Assembly: GCA_946965045.2 (NCBI GenBank)
Contig: OX337230.1
Span: forward strand, 930,001 to 994,000
From: Epithemia pelagica
Taxonomy: Eukaryota; Protista; Bacillariophyta
Direction: 5' to 3'
DNA: 64,000 nucleotides
The translations under genes and the position numbers were made by a program. Of the stretch, positions 1 through 12,457 are shown piece after piece. Positions within the stretch are counted from its first letter, which is position 1; each line of letters begins with the position of its first letter. Below the pieces are notes generated by a model. It saw only the letters and a list, made by a program, of their open reading frames with translations. It had not been told where the DNA came from and did not search any database.

Positions 1-619
1 GAGTTACCAAGGCCGTGAATTGTGCGCGCGTGGGGAGTGGCAGAAGTTTGGGCACGGGATCGCAGATGACATCACTTCCCATCACGACTCTCCATAAACC
101 TGATTTATTATAGGAATTTATGTAGGTACTGCCTCTGAGAACGCTGGGAAAGTAAATTCTCCCCCATCACGCGGAACTACTCGTGGCTTGACTCGGAAAC
201 GATATAAACAGCTACTCCTGCCTACTCCAAATTATCCATTCAATCTAACCAGCCCCAAACAAGCAACGAAGAGCAGCGAGACGTCAACCAAACCTTAGTA
301 GCCTTGGAGGCTCCGAGGCATTGTATCTTATTCAGTGTGAGAGGTGAGAGATTCCACTCAATATCGGAGTCATTTTCATCTATTCGAAATACACCTAGTT
401 GCGTACAAGTCGGTATATTGAGCGCCGCGAACTTCCTAGGTAGTCCAATTCCAAAACTTAAGTCTTTTTCGGATCGCATGGGTCGAGCTACATCAGAGAA
501 GGTGCGCTTTCTTGACGTGAACTGGCGTCTACGAAGATCAGATGTCCTGTGGCCAGTTCCATGCGATCCTAGCACTCCTGTTATGCTACAGATGTGCGTG
601 AACAAAAGTTAAGACTCGC

Positions 620-2719
620 TTACATGTCATTTTCTTGATTGTTCTGCTGATTCTGTGAAGGGTCAGAACGCATGGGCGAAAGTTGATTCATACCATTACC
701 CATAAAGGCGGCATTGAACATTTGTTGAAACGCTTGTGGGGTTGGTGCCATGTTCGGCATGACCATTCCGCCCGTATTTGCAGCGGCCATGCTTGCCAGA
801 AATGCCGGGTTTGGCGCAAACATTGCCGGATTCATAAAAGCCGTCGGCATTGGAACCCCCATCCCCATAACATTAGGATTCGCCATGCCCATCCCCATGA
901 ACATTTGCTGCTGTTGTCGAAATTGTTCTTCAGCAGGGTTTGCTACCGTTTCCGGTTTTGGTTTCTGATCAGCATCAAACAACAATTTTCGCATCTCTGG
1001 CGCCCGTTGTCGAAGTGCTTGGCTTGTCTTTTCACGAGCTGCATCATCCCCAATTTCCAACCACATGCCTGACTTTTCATCTTTCTTCAAGAACCTTCCA
1101 TTTGCTTCTCGAATCGACCGGACGATGGCACGAGAAATGGCGGGTTTGTCATTTTTTCGTGCCTTCAAGTAGGCACGACGATTCTTGTTTATTAGCTCAC
1201 GAAAGTTTCGGTTCCCTGGGTGTACATTTGTCCCTCCACCGCGGCCACTCAAGACATCATTTTCCCCAAACGTTGTGATTCCTTCGTCTCCCGGCGGAAT
1301 GGTGGGCAAATCTTTGTTTTCAGAGTTGCTGGATCCATACATTGCAGTGCCCTGTTGCGGCGCCAGTTGAGGCGATCCTGCTTGAGCAAACGCTTCAGTC
1401 GAGGTTTGGTCCACGGCAGGAACTTCCGTCGTATTCATACCATCAGCCATTGGGTTTAGTGCAACATCGGAAACTGCGGTTGTCGTGCCAGCACCCGTGA
1501 AGGCAGGTGGTGTCATTTCTTCCGACCCATTTGGAGCAGCTGCTTCGTTATTCTCAATCGAAGGAAGCCTGGCGAAAGTGCTTTCCTCTTTCGGCAAAAA
1601 TGTAGCTGGACTTTGCTCGCTGCCCTGCTGGTTCATACCATCAAATGCATCCACGTTATCGGTGGAAACAGCGTTTACCGCATTCGTCAGTGGTCGTGTT
1701 GTGTGGTCGGTAACTTGGTTCTCTGTAGCCGAATGCAGAAGTTCTTGATCATTCCCCTTTCCTTGAACATATTCGGTGGGACACTCTGCGAGTTCATGCT
1801 TGACGACAGGTTCTTGCTGATCCGTGCCTACTAGAGGCACGGGGATTGCGGTGTTAGGAACTGGAGGAATTTCTGGATTGGCTGTTGTTGTCACCGGAGC
1901 AGAGGCGTCAATCTTGACAGTATCTTGAGTGGGGGAAAGAATGGGTGTTTCATCCGGTATGCCATGTGGTACAGGAACAACCAGTTCCGTGTCAATTTTG
2001 CTGTCACCAGGAACCTCTGCCGCAGTGACTTTCTGGTCCTCGGCGGGATGATTCTCTTCTGCTTTTGGCTTCTTCACATCTCTCTCCTCAGTCGAAGACT
2101 CGAGAACGCTTTCAATGGCCCGTTTCCCCAAGCTTTCGTCTCTTGTTGTACCCTCAAGCAGATTTAGTTGCGGATTGGATTGAATAGGTGGGTCCTCGGA
2201 TGCGTGTGCCTCGACGACAGACATGGCTTCACCTATCGAAGGCATCACATCAGTCTCCTTGGAAGTGGAAGCGGCGACCCCCGTCTCTTCTTTCGAGTTA
2301 TCCATTGTACTTGGCTGAGGATCCGATTGACCTGGAGGGACCACTTGTTTTTGTTCCACATTCATAGACTCACTACTACTAGGAGGCACTGCAGCGTTAT
2401 CCTTTGAATCGGAAGCGGCTCCCATTATGTCCTCTTTTGAACCATCTATTGTACTTGGTTGCGAACCAGATTGACCTTCCGCTTGAAACTGAGCCGTCGT
2501 TGTGGCCACGGGAGCACCATCTTTAGGCTCGGAGGCATCTGCCATTGTCTCGGTTTTTAAGTCACCTTGTACTTCCGCGGCAAGTGTCGACGCATTGGAC
2601 TCAATATGCCCATTTGCATTTTCTTGGCTTGTTGCCAAGACATGGTTTGTCAGTGACACTCCTCCAGGATTTTCAGTTCCAGTGCCATCTTCTGACTTGG
2701 TGGACTCGTTCATTGACAT
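620..2719 (-). CDS. DUF6824-domain protein with long acidic/low-complexity N-terminus and Met/Pro/Gln-rich C-terminus
   Basis: 699-aa ATG-started ORF. The segment DVLSGRGGGTNVHPGNRNFRELI...IVRSIREANGRFLK...W.EIGDDAAREKTSQALR matches the diatom-expanded DUF6824 consensus (by eye). Confidence 0.8.
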   Translation of the reverse strand: MSMNESTKSEDGTGTENPGGVSLTNHVLATSQENANGHIESNASTLAAEVQGDLKTETMADASEPKDGAPVATTTAQFQAEGQSGSQPSTIDGSKEDIMGAASDSKDNAAVPPSSSESMNVEQKQVVPPGQSDPQPSTMDNSKEETGVAASTSKETDVMPSIGEAMSVVEAHASEDPPIQSNPQLNLLEGTTRDESLGKRAIESVLESSTEERDVKKPKAEENHPAEDQKVTAAEVPGDSKIDTELVVPVPHGIPDETPILSPTQDTVKIDASAPVTTTANPEIPPVPNTAIPVPLVGTDQQEPVVKHELAECPTEYVQGKGNDQELLHSATENQVTDHTTRPLTNAVNAVSTDNVDAFDGMNQQGSEQSPATFLPKEESTFARLPSIENNEAAAPNGSEEMTPPAFTGAGTTTAVSDVALNPMADGMNTTEVPAVDQTSTEAFAQAGSPQLAPQQGTAMYGSSNSENKDLPTIPPGDEGITTFGENDVLSGRGGGTNVHPGNRNFRELINKNRRAYLKARKNDKPAISRAIVRSIREANGRFLKKDEKSGMWLEIGDDAAREKTSQALRQRAPEMRKLLFDADQKPKPETVANPAEEQFRQQQQMFMGMGMANPNVMGMGVPMPTAFMNPAMFAPNPAFLASMAAANTGGMVMPNMAPTPQAFQQMFNAAFMGNGMNQLSPMRSDPSQNQQNNQENDM

Positions 2720-3280
2720 TGGTCAGTGGGTTGGTGCCAAAGCTAAGGCTCTTCCGAGATTAAATGTATAATAGTGATATGCTCTGTACCTTGATGTCTG
2801 GGACTGGGTGTGATTGTTTGTCTTTCCGAGTTTGTTTTGGGTGTTCTCGATTGCACCCCAGTTCTCAAAGACTTCGCTTTCGTTGGAATAGCTTTACCCA
2901 GTAAATGCCGGACACAACTCTCTGTGTTTCTGTCGTTTGTTTGCTCGACGGCGGAACTTTGAGACCGGGCCCTGAACCTCTGCCCTCGTACAAACGTACG
3001 GAGATGTTACGAGGAGAGCCTCCCAACCACCACTCCCACGGCATTCAAGGCGCATCAAGAGCACCGAAAGAGACACTCGCCGTGGGTGCCGGAAGAGTGC
3101 CGGGAAAATGTTGGAAGTTTAAATCGACGCGAACTCTTCGCTTGAACTTTTCCCGAGCGAGGATACCAGATGAACGTCCTCAATGCTATTATTTTTATTG
3201 ATTCTAAAACACGTTGAGGAGTATTTAGAACACGCCTTGGTCGCGATTCACACATTTTCGTGACGACACAATGATGAATT

Positions 3281-5005
3281 ATGGCAAGCCAAGAGGACGA
3301 GAAAGATGCAAAACATAACCACGAAACTCAGCGGAAAAGACCATTGCCTAATGATGACGACGACATAGATGTCAAAGGCTCAAGAGAGAGGATCGGACGC
3401 ATCAAGCGCAACAGCACAAGTGGAAAAAGTCTCCCCTGTCACATCAAATTGTTCGCGACCACCCAGGATCTAAATGTTCGGGAACAGAATAAAGGGATCC
3501 GTAATGACAACACTCTACATTGGAGCTTTTCCCAGTGCGAAACGCTCCGCGAAGTGCTTGGGATTGATGCGCCTGACGCACAATGCGCCCCATCGTCGGC
3601 AGCAGAAGCAGATACACCGACTGTTGGTGGGAAAACAATTGATTGGCTCATCATATCCAACTACATGATTGATTTCCATTACCTCCTCGATGAAGTACCG
3701 GAATTGGTATCCATTCCACGCGTGGTTGTCTTTTATGGCTGCGCGGAAACGGAACCACCGCCGATATGGAAACAAAACAATGCGGTCGATCTCCGTCGTC
3801 TGGATCCAACGGAGGCCCCTCGGACGGTTGTCAATCCAACGTCTCAGCGCATTCCATACGGAGTGCATCATTCCAAATTCTTTCTGATCGGGTACAACGA
3901 TGAAACCATGCGTGTCGTAATTCATACAGCCAATTTGCGTAACTCCGATTTGCACCTCAAGGCACAAGCGTTGTATCGTCAAGACTTTCCCTTCAAAACA
4001 CTCGACAGCTCCTCCGAGTCCAGTCAATCCTCTTCTGCCAATACTTCTCCCTTTGAAGAAACGCTACTGGACTATCTCGATACCTACAAATTCCAAGAAC
4101 CTAGAATATGGTGCCCTGGAGAATCTCGGCAGTTTTTGCGGCAGGTAATTCAGCGATACGATTTCAGCGCCGCAGGTGTTGTCCTGATACCTTCCACACC
4201 TGGGTATCACAGGTTGGATGAAAAGGAGAGTAGAGGGCATTTGAAAGTTCGGGAGACTCTTAACAATCAACAAGCAACTGTTTCAAACAAAAAGACACGT
4301 CACGCATCGGTCAGGTCGGAAGTAAGTGGCCAGACGTCCGCCTCTGACCAAGGACCCATTATATGCCAGTTTTCCAGCATGGGATCACTCACCGAAAAGT
4401 ACTTGCGAGAAGAGTTTCAAACTTCATTCAATGCTTCCAAATCTAGGACCTCGTCCAACCTCGTGCTCAAAATCGTTTATCCCACTGTGCAAGAGATACG
4501 AGAATCCGTGGAGGGGTACCGAGGTGGGGCATCGGTTCCTGGACCGGCTCGCAATGTTCAAAAACCATTTTTGCGACCCTTATTTCATCGTTGGACGACT
4601 CCTCCCATCTGCTCGGTAAACCCAATTCGTAAGGGCAACAATGTGCCTCATATCAAGACATACTATCAGCTGAAACCTCGTGGCGACGAAATGGCCATGG
4701 AGTACTTCATTGTAACGTCTCACAATCTGTCAAAGGCAGCCTGGGGTGAAATCCAAAATTCCGCGCGACATGGAGGACGACGCTTGTTTGTACGACACTG
4801 GGAGCTTGGTGTGCTAATGACTCCCGATCTCGTCGGTTGTGCAAGACTTGTTCCGTGGGACGAACAGCCCAGAACCGGAGACTTTGCTATTCCGGTACCA
4901 TTTTGTCTTGACCCAACTCCGTACGATCCCAGTGATCAGCCGTGGGCAGTTGACATACCAAACAAGATAAAGGATAGATTCGGGCGATACTCTTGTCTTA
5001 GTTGA
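3281..5005 (+). CDS. TDP1: Tyrosyl-DNA phosphodiesterase 1
   Basis: 574-aa ORF with both HxK catalytic motifs (YGVHHSKFFLIGY...IHTANL and VPHIKTY), plus QFSSMGSL, SHNLSKAAWG and WELGVL. Divergently oriented from the DUF6824 gene. Confidence 0.92.
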   Translation: MASQEDEKDAKHNHETQRKRPLPNDDDDIDVKGSRERIGRIKRNSTSGKSLPCHIKLFATTQDLNVREQNKGIRNDNTLHWSFSQCETLREVLGIDAPDAQCAPSSAAEADTPTVGGKTIDWLIISNYMIDFHYLLDEVPELVSIPRVVVFYGCAETEPPPIWKQNNAVDLRRLDPTEAPRTVVNPTSQRIPYGVHHSKFFLIGYNDETMRVVIHTANLRNSDLHLKAQALYRQDFPFKTLDSSSESSQSSSANTSPFEETLLDYLDTYKFQEPRIWCPGESRQFLRQVIQRYDFSAAGVVLIPSTPGYHRLDEKESRGHLKVRETLNNQQATVSNKKTRHASVRSEVSGQTSASDQGPIICQFSSMGSLTEKYLREEFQTSFNASKSRTSSNLVLKIVYPTVQEIRESVEGYRGGASVPGPARNVQKPFLRPLFHRWTTPPICSVNPIRKGNNVPHIKTYYQLKPRGDEMAMEYFIVTSHNLSKAAWGEIQNSARHGGRRLFVRHWELGVLMTPDLVGCARLVPWDEQPRTGDFAIPVPFCLDPTPYDPSDQPWAVDIPNKIKDRFGRYSCLS

Positions 5006-6127
5006 TAACACAAGACCTCACTGGTGCAAGGGGCATGGTTTTCTGTGGACGAGACATCACATATCTGATCTCAAGCGACCTACTGATGGAAGAAAAGGTA
5101 ACAAGAAAAAGATTGATACATTCCCTTTGAGAATGAGAGCAGGTTCTTGCTTTCCGCTTCACCTATTGAGAGTGTAGGCCTTCCAATTCCAATCCGCGGT
5201 ACCCTCGATTCGTAAGCTATGGCAATAGTATATGGTGCTCTTAGTCCTTTTAGGTTGTGGAAAGTCCCTAGGTCGAAAGTCAAGGTTAGAGGAACTCCTA
5301 CCTAGTTCCACTTGTCACAGTTATTTGTTCCGAAGTAGGGAGAGGAGGCAAGATAAACAAAGCTGAGATTGCTACCTAGTGTCAGTTGTTCAAGAGGAGC
5401 TAGGCCAGAACCCAGAAGTAGTGAGTAGTCCTACCGAGTGCATACAGTACGTAGTAAGTAGTACGTATGTTTGGTGTTTGGCAATTGGCAATGGCAAGTG
5501 GGTGTCTGGATCTGGCGTAGAATAATAATATTGCACATCATTTCACAACTTGTAATTAACATATCATCATCATTCATCTACTCGTAATATACAATGATCA
5601 ATCATGTGTGGACATTCCGGATATCTCTAGTCTCTATCTCGAGAGTCGAGAGTTCATGAGTAACGAGTACTGCGAGATTATCGGTCTAAAGGCCTCTAGG
5701 TAGAAGACTGGAAGTCCGGTCATGACGATTGGCGGGCATCTGGCATTTGAGAAAGAGATGGGATCATAATATTGAATGAAAGGTAGTCTACGTGTGGTTT
5801 GCGTGTTTCCGCTCGTACATGCTAGACTGCACACCCGTCGTGTGGTTGCATGTCCCTCTAGCTAGGGTCTACTGGCATGGCCCAACGCCTTCTTCCCAAG
5901 AGCTGAAACAAGAACCCACGGGCACCACCTCTCCTCCATCTCCATCGACTATGATAATATGAGCTCCGTAACTTGTGCTCTCTAGGTCGAAAGAAAACAA
6001 TAGGGCGCACTGGCCGTAGGGGTACTCGGTTTCATGATGATCAGTCAGTGAGGCGCTTTGTTAGTTGGGTTCTGATTTCTGATCTCTTTTTTTCTTTTCG
6101 TGATTTGTGGGACGATTTTCAATCCTA

Positions 6128-6314
6128 CTAGAGGTTGGACCCGCACCGCGGTGCTGCGGATCGGATCCGCGAATCCGCGGTGCGGATCCCTGGCACCGCA
6201 ACGAAAGAGACTGGCTGATCCGACCCGCACTACCCGCACCTAAGCAAAGTAAAGGCGACGTCTATGCCATTATTTGCTTACCCCCAGCGGGGGTGAGTTT
6301 TTAGGATGCTAGAG
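6128..6314. repeat. GC-rich cluster of three inverted repeats flanked by CTAG; possible non-autonomous element
   Basis: Inverted repeat ccgcaccgcgg (6141-6151) / ccgcggtgcgg (6175-6185) encloses gcggatc-g-gatccgc. Further pairs: taagcaaa (6241-48) / tttgctta (6273-80) and accccc-agc-gggggt (6280-94). CTAGAG occurs at 6128 and 6309. Confidence 0.55.
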
Positions 6315-6932
6315 AGTGAATGCACAAAGTGCATTCTCAAAATCTCTGCTGGAGATTATTCAGCGCTGGAGCTCCTGCGCTAGAGCTGCGTGATCGCTTA
6401 CCGCTGGACCGACCTACAATAACCTTCTGTCTTCTGTCGTATTTCGTTATTTATTTCTCAATCATGCATCATACACAACTTCTTATTACACTGTCCTCCG
6501 TAATCCCTATCGGAAGGACTTCAGAATAGTAAAGACTATTACAGTGAAGAGTGAAGAGAGAATGGAGAATGAAAGTTGAAAGTTACTATGCATACGAGTT
6601 ACGAGTATGCACACAGAAACATGGTTGTCTCAATCTGTCTCAATCTTCAATCATGCGAGTTCATCTCTCTTCTCTCTTCCTTTCTGCTCCGGATGTCTTG
6701 GAACTTGGAACGAAAAGAATGAGAAGCCTCGCTCCTCGCTACGGATACTGGATACTCGCTACTCGCTATATCATCTTCCACGCTCTACTTTTTCTGTTTG
6801 GTGATCGGCGTCATCTTCAGCTTCAGCACACAAACCAGTCTCCTCCAGTTTGCTTCAACACCAACACAAATAATAGCATCCCTCTAGCCTTGCGCATTGC
6901 AGCCAAAGAAGAAGAGGACAAAGAGAGCAACC

Positions 6933-9407
6933 ATGGCGCCTCCAAGTGTCACCGCTTCTCTGGAAGATGCGTTGCATTGGGAGGTGGTAGTGGAGAGTGA
7001 GGAACAAAAGAAACTGTGTTTGGGCAATCGATACCATGGAACCTGCAGTGCCAATCTGCTCCTGGAACAAGAGTATGACTCATCATCTCCCTCATCACCA
7101 ACGATTTGGCCGACCAAGCTCTACAATGGACTGTTATGGAGACATGCCTCCTTGGTGGTACAACCACCACCCACTTCTTGCTCGTCGGTTCCTTTCTCCA
7201 CTGCATCGACGACGACGACGACGACTTTCTCAACTACCAGCACTCCTTCGACGACTCCTGTCGTGGTGATTTTGGGAGGTTGCAACCCCCGCAATGAGGA
7301 ACGATTATCCGCAGTGTACTTGTAGCAAGTGGATTCTTGTACGTCCAAGGGTTCCTGGCGACCGGGTCCCTCCATGAAGGAACGAAGGGCTGGTTTGTGT
7401 GCCGTCGTTTGTGGAGACTACGTGTATGCCCTGGGGGGAGCCAATGGATATTATCGACTCGATACCATCGAACGTATTTCCGTCGCGGATCTTGTGGCGG
7501 AGCCACCGGCGGACGAGGTGCCGTCCCCACCCAGCCGATCCTATTTTAGCAAACCTCCGCCCCGACCCGCACCTCCACCAATGACACAACCAGTGCCTAC
7601 CACGGCCCGAAGACAACCGGCCCAATGGACCACCTTGCCATGTCGCTTGTCGGCCACCCGAGAAGGAGGTGCGGCTGTCGTGGTCCGAGATCGATTCATT
7701 GTCGCTCAGGGAGGATGCCAACAAGCCGAATTCCATAGCTTCACCACCATTGATATTATTGATACCAAGGCTATCGATCACTATTATCGTCGCCAGCAGC
7801 AAAGCAGCAGCATGTCGTCTCCCGAGGAGGAACAGCCCCCACTACCCCAGCCTCCCATGGTGGTACGAGGTCCCCGCTTTGTCTACCCTCGATGGCATTG
7901 TGGAGCCGAGGTCGTGGGCAATGAAATCTTTGTGATTGGAGGATGTAGCCGAGGAATGTCGGGCCAAACAGTGGAATCTCTTCAATTTTACCCGCCTGAA
8001 AACGACGAAAACGATTCTACTATTGATACAGAGAATGCTTCCTCGATAGTTGAGTCCATCTTTGGTTCCAGTGTCTGGAGAGAACGCAAGGATTTGGAAC
8101 TACCCTCGACGGAAACATGGGGCCATGCCTCATGTTGTGTCGGATCTTGTATTGTTGTGATTGGGGGCTGCAGCAGTGACGAGTTTGAACGACCCAATAG
8201 TTATCTCAAGTCGGTTCATGTCTTGGATCCCCTTTACAATCGAAACAACAATACACGGAACGTCCACCAGGACAGTCGCCGTCAAGGCAAAGTATGGCGC
8301 TTGCCCAGTGTGTCCTTGCCACGCAGTGCCTCCACGGTCGTTCATGTGCCTTATCATTGTGTGTTGATCCTCAGTGGCTTTTGTGGATCGACCACGCCCC
8401 TGCATTTAATGGAACGCTTGGACTTGATGCCCGTTTCCGTTCCCGGCGTGACGAAACGACTGCATGACTTGCAGCACAGTCAATGGACCATTTTTCTGTG
8501 TCGGGTCGTGGTACAACTCAAATTTCAAGCCACGACATCCAAAGATCCGTGTGGATTGGATGTGGACGAAAAACTGTACCGTCATAATTACGAACGGTAT
8601 CAAGCCTTGGAACGGCGGTATCGACAACGATTCAATACCGCCGTCTTTCATGAACTTTCTCAAACACAGCAACAACAAGGAACGGAAAGCCAAAGAGGAG
8701 ACGACGACATGTTGTTTGTCGATGAGAAAAAGCAAAGTGGGAGTCTGGAAGAAATATCGCAAGATGCGAAAGAAGAAAAAATGGAAGATGTCATGCCCTT
8801 GCAGGATAGTACGCAATCCGCGGGTGTAGCGTCGAACCCCACAGTTGCTTCTCCAACAGAGGAACCGCGACTCTTTGTCTTGTCCAAAGTCGTGTTGTCG
8901 GGATCGTCGCGTTTCCGTGCCATGTTTCAAAGCAAACAAAAGTATATGCTTCACATTTTCGATTCCCACACGCTGCAGGTTACCAAAAAGGTCCCGGTGG
9001 AACAAGATTCCCATTGGCTCGAGGCAGTGGCACCCGCCTTGGCCACATCCATGCTATTGATTCGTTTGCATTACATGGTCCGTCACGTCTCACTGGAAGC
9101 ACGTGGGTGTATTATTCCCAGTCGAACCGAGTTTGAGGAATGGTTGTCCGATGCATTGGGCGGTATTGGCATGCGAACCATTTTGGATGGACGAGAGTGT
9201 TGTGGATCCGACAATCCCTTTATCTGGTGGATTCATCATTTGGATTCCATCCAATACCATGTCATGCCCTATTTCAAATCCAGGGAGCTGGATACGAAAG
9301 AAATGAATTGGGCCGCCGTGGAACAACAGGCCGCACTCCTGAACAAATACGCATTTCGCCACATTGCCGCAGTCGTTCACGAGGCAGAGACGGAAGCAAG
9401 CGAATAA
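6933..9407 (+). pseudogene. Kelch-repeat protein paralog 1 with uncharacterised C-terminal domain; in-frame TAG at 7323-7325
   Basis: ORFs 6897-7325 and 7329-9407 are in the same frame, separated by one TAG that falls inside a Kelch repeat (VVILGG...*...WRPGPSMKERRAGLCAVVCGDYVYALGG). Further GG-type Kelch motifs follow. The C-terminus has WLEAVAPALATSMLLIRL. Confidence 0.72.
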
Positions 9408-9916
9408 CAACCACGGAATCGTCGAGAGAACGCAACAACAACAGTATGGCGACGGCAGTTGAGCACAGTCACCAATCTGTGATGGAAACACCGCCAGGTT
9501 CTTGTATTACCTATCGGAGATTGATTTGGACCATTTCATGAACATGCCACACCGCCCGTTCGTGGACCCAGACGACGATTTCAATGATTAACACTGAATT
9601 CATTGCAAGATGTATGGATGAATGACTCATCATAGTTGACATACTACTGTAGAATGGGGAACGCTATCAGCAAATAGTGCTACAATAATAGGAGTAATTC
9701 ATAGTTCAATGGAAATGTCCTCCTCAAAGTCTTGCTCGAGGGACAATTGCGAAGGTTTTATGGTGCACCATGCAACTGAAACGTTCAGGGATGTACAGAA
9801 TGACTCGTCAAAGAGAAGATAAAGATTCAATGTGCTCATTACTGTTACAGGCGGCAAGAAAGGGGAGCCAGCATGCCTTCTCTTATTTATACACATGCTG
9901 TTGTCAACATGATGCT

Positions 9917-12457
9917 CTAATGCTCCATTTGGTGAAGCAGCAGTTTGGCTCGATGTTGCATGTTTGTTTGGAGCCGCCATGCCTCCACATGTTCATTCTT
10001 GACCCACACTCCAATGGCGCTTCCATCACCTTGCGTTGTGATAGGATGCGAAAGCCTACTGTGGTGCAACAGGGGATCATGACACAAAACCATTTGCGTC
10101 TTCCATACCATGCTGTTTTCTCGAGCAAGGCTTGCTAGTTCGCGAAATGCATCTGGAGTTGCTCGGACTGCTTGCTCTTCGATAGTATTCCATACACCAG
10201 AGCATTGTTCTGTACGAGACCCTTCGGAATCTAAATTGCTGTAAAGCAAAAGCAGAGGTTGCAATTTGGCTTGCAGTGATTCCAGGTGTGATTCCCACAT
10301 GGATTTGGATTTCTTCTCGTCTCCTTGTGAAAGCTGGTCGTGACTGGCATTGTTGTAGTGAACCTTGGTTAGAATGGGACCCAAGGCGACAAAATCCGAA
10401 ATTAGATCGTCCTTTTCAACACCCTGAGTATTCGAGATCCATTCGGTAAAACAAACCGCGGTTCCGTACTTGAGATACAACCGCAAACGAAGCTAAAAGA
10501 GAGATGTGGCCAAGGCGGGAGCAACCTTTTTCAGCCACTGCGAATTGCGTTCCAGATGAATACCAGAGCGAATCCGTTCCAATGAATGGGCACAAAAGAA
10601 ATACAGCACGTACGGAGTGGTGTGCGTAAAGGAGGCCAAGACTCGTTTCGACTTGGATTTGACCAAAACAAAGAAACGGGGAAACGATGCGTGGGACTGC
10701 ATCTCCGCTTCATTGGTTCGACTGTCTGGGAAAACATCGTGAATGTCCAAGACGATGCGCGGTTTCGACTGAATCGGAGATCGTTTGGGAGATAGTGTTC
10801 CCTCTTCTTGCTTTTGTCAACAACGCTCCCACTGAATCAGCAAGTGAGCAACGGCCTTTTTCCGTGCCATAAGATAAAAGACATATGTGTCTAGTAGCCT
10901 CTTGATTCGGTCTCGCTCAGACGATTGTTGTTGACATTTTTGTTTGAAGGCATTAGTTCGATCATGACCCTGGCTCTTTACTTTCATATCCTCAAAGACA
11001 AGTTGCATCAGAGTCGGATTGTAAGATTCTTCCAAACCATGAATTTGTTGTTTCATGCCTGGTAATGTCAGCTGTACAAGTGTGGTAGATTCCATAAATG
11101 GAAGCAAAGGAGTCGTCGTTTTGTCTCCATCATGGATGTTGTCGGATTGTCCTCCCAGAACCAGTATCTGCCAGTTGCGTGAGCGGAGAGATTGACAAGT
11201 TCTTGTCGCAAACGTGACCACAGAGTAGAATTGTCGCGAGTGCACAAGCTTTGGAAGGCTGCAAGACGACCTGCACTGAACATCGTAAACTCGGAGGAAT
11301 GCAGACTGTGGTTGCCCGTCTTGGTTCGAACGTGGTGAACTGACAATGAGCAATGGGTTATTTCCGATTTTCACCAGAGCTGGACCGTGCCATTCAGTCT
11401 CTGTATCGTGTTGGAATTCGCGAAACTCATTGTCGCATGTGTGCCAGGAAGATGCAAAGGAGACAGTACCGTTCCTGTCGTGGTCGATCTCGAACGCTAG
11501 CTTTTCGACTTGAATGCCAGACGAGGTTGCATCCGAAGTCGTTCTACCCATGGCCCATACCTCGTTCTCGACTGTTGTCACTCCCAATGGAACCCGTATA
11601 TAATTGAGAGAGACTCCAACCATGACGGCCAAGCAAGTCTGCTCCAATCCATGATACAATGTTGTCGATTGTGTGTCCACAATCTCAGCCGCACCGGACC
11701 CACCTCGCGCCAGGACGACAATGTACCGATCCTGTACGGTCACCGCAACGCATCCATGTCCACAACAGGACAAGCGACAGGGGAGGGTCGTCCATTGGTC
11801 AAGTGATTTGGTGTAGCGGTTAAAATAGTGTGGCTGTGCCAAGACCGAAATGGGAATGCGTTCCATCGTATCCAATCCCACTCCACCAATGGCATAGACA
11901 TGACCGTTGCAAGCCACAGCAGCCAAATCCAGGCGAGAGTCGTTCAACGCTGGGCCTTCACGCCAGGAAATTGGATCTTGTTGTCGTAAGGTCCGCGACG
12001 GTGGACCATCCATGGGATTGGCAGAAGGAGCAGGAGGCAGCCAACCAAGAGAAGCCGACGTTGGAACCTCTCCGACCAACACAGACGAGACATTGGGGGT
12101 GTGTAGTCCACCCAACACAAGGATTAGATCTCTTGGTTTCACAATGTTCGTGTCTTCGTGAGCTTGACTGTTCTCGGTGGAAGTCGTCACGACAATCGAA
12201 GCGTGATGAGACCGTTCATCACATTCGCTCTCATTCGATAACGGGGATACATTCCATGTCGTGTGCGGTGACCACGTCCACCCAGATTTCAAATGACTGT
12301 TTATTTCGTGACTGTGTGAAATTGTTTGTGCTTCACATGGTTCGTCGTCTGGAACAAGACATGAATCTTCCTCCCGATCGATGTGCATGCGCATATGTTG
12401 TGGTTGGTCCGGTTGAATGATTGAATTTTGGTTGTTTCGAGATTGATCTTCCATCAC
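9917..12457 (-). pseudogene. Kelch-repeat protein paralog 2; in-frame stops at 10817-10819 (TGA) and 10493-10495 (TAG)
   Basis: ORFs 10817-12457, 10493-10750 and 9917-10486 are all in one frame. Kelch motifs: WREGPALNDSRLDLAAVACNGHVYAIGG and WTTLPCRLS...VTVQDRYIVVL. The C-terminal WLKKVAPALATSLF*LRL matches paralogs 1 and 3. Confidence 0.7.

Noticed and set aside
240-605. 121-aa ORF with a GIG...LNIPT..QL segment vaguely like a helix-hairpin-helix
   Set aside because: Too short and weak, starts 15 nt after the DUF6824 stop so is probably 3' UTR, and has no supporting domain.
7260-7325. Intron that would remove the Kelch paralog 1 stop (ttgtag resembles an acceptor)
   Set aside because: Splicing would delete the VVILGG core of a Kelch repeat that otherwise reads continuously through the stop.
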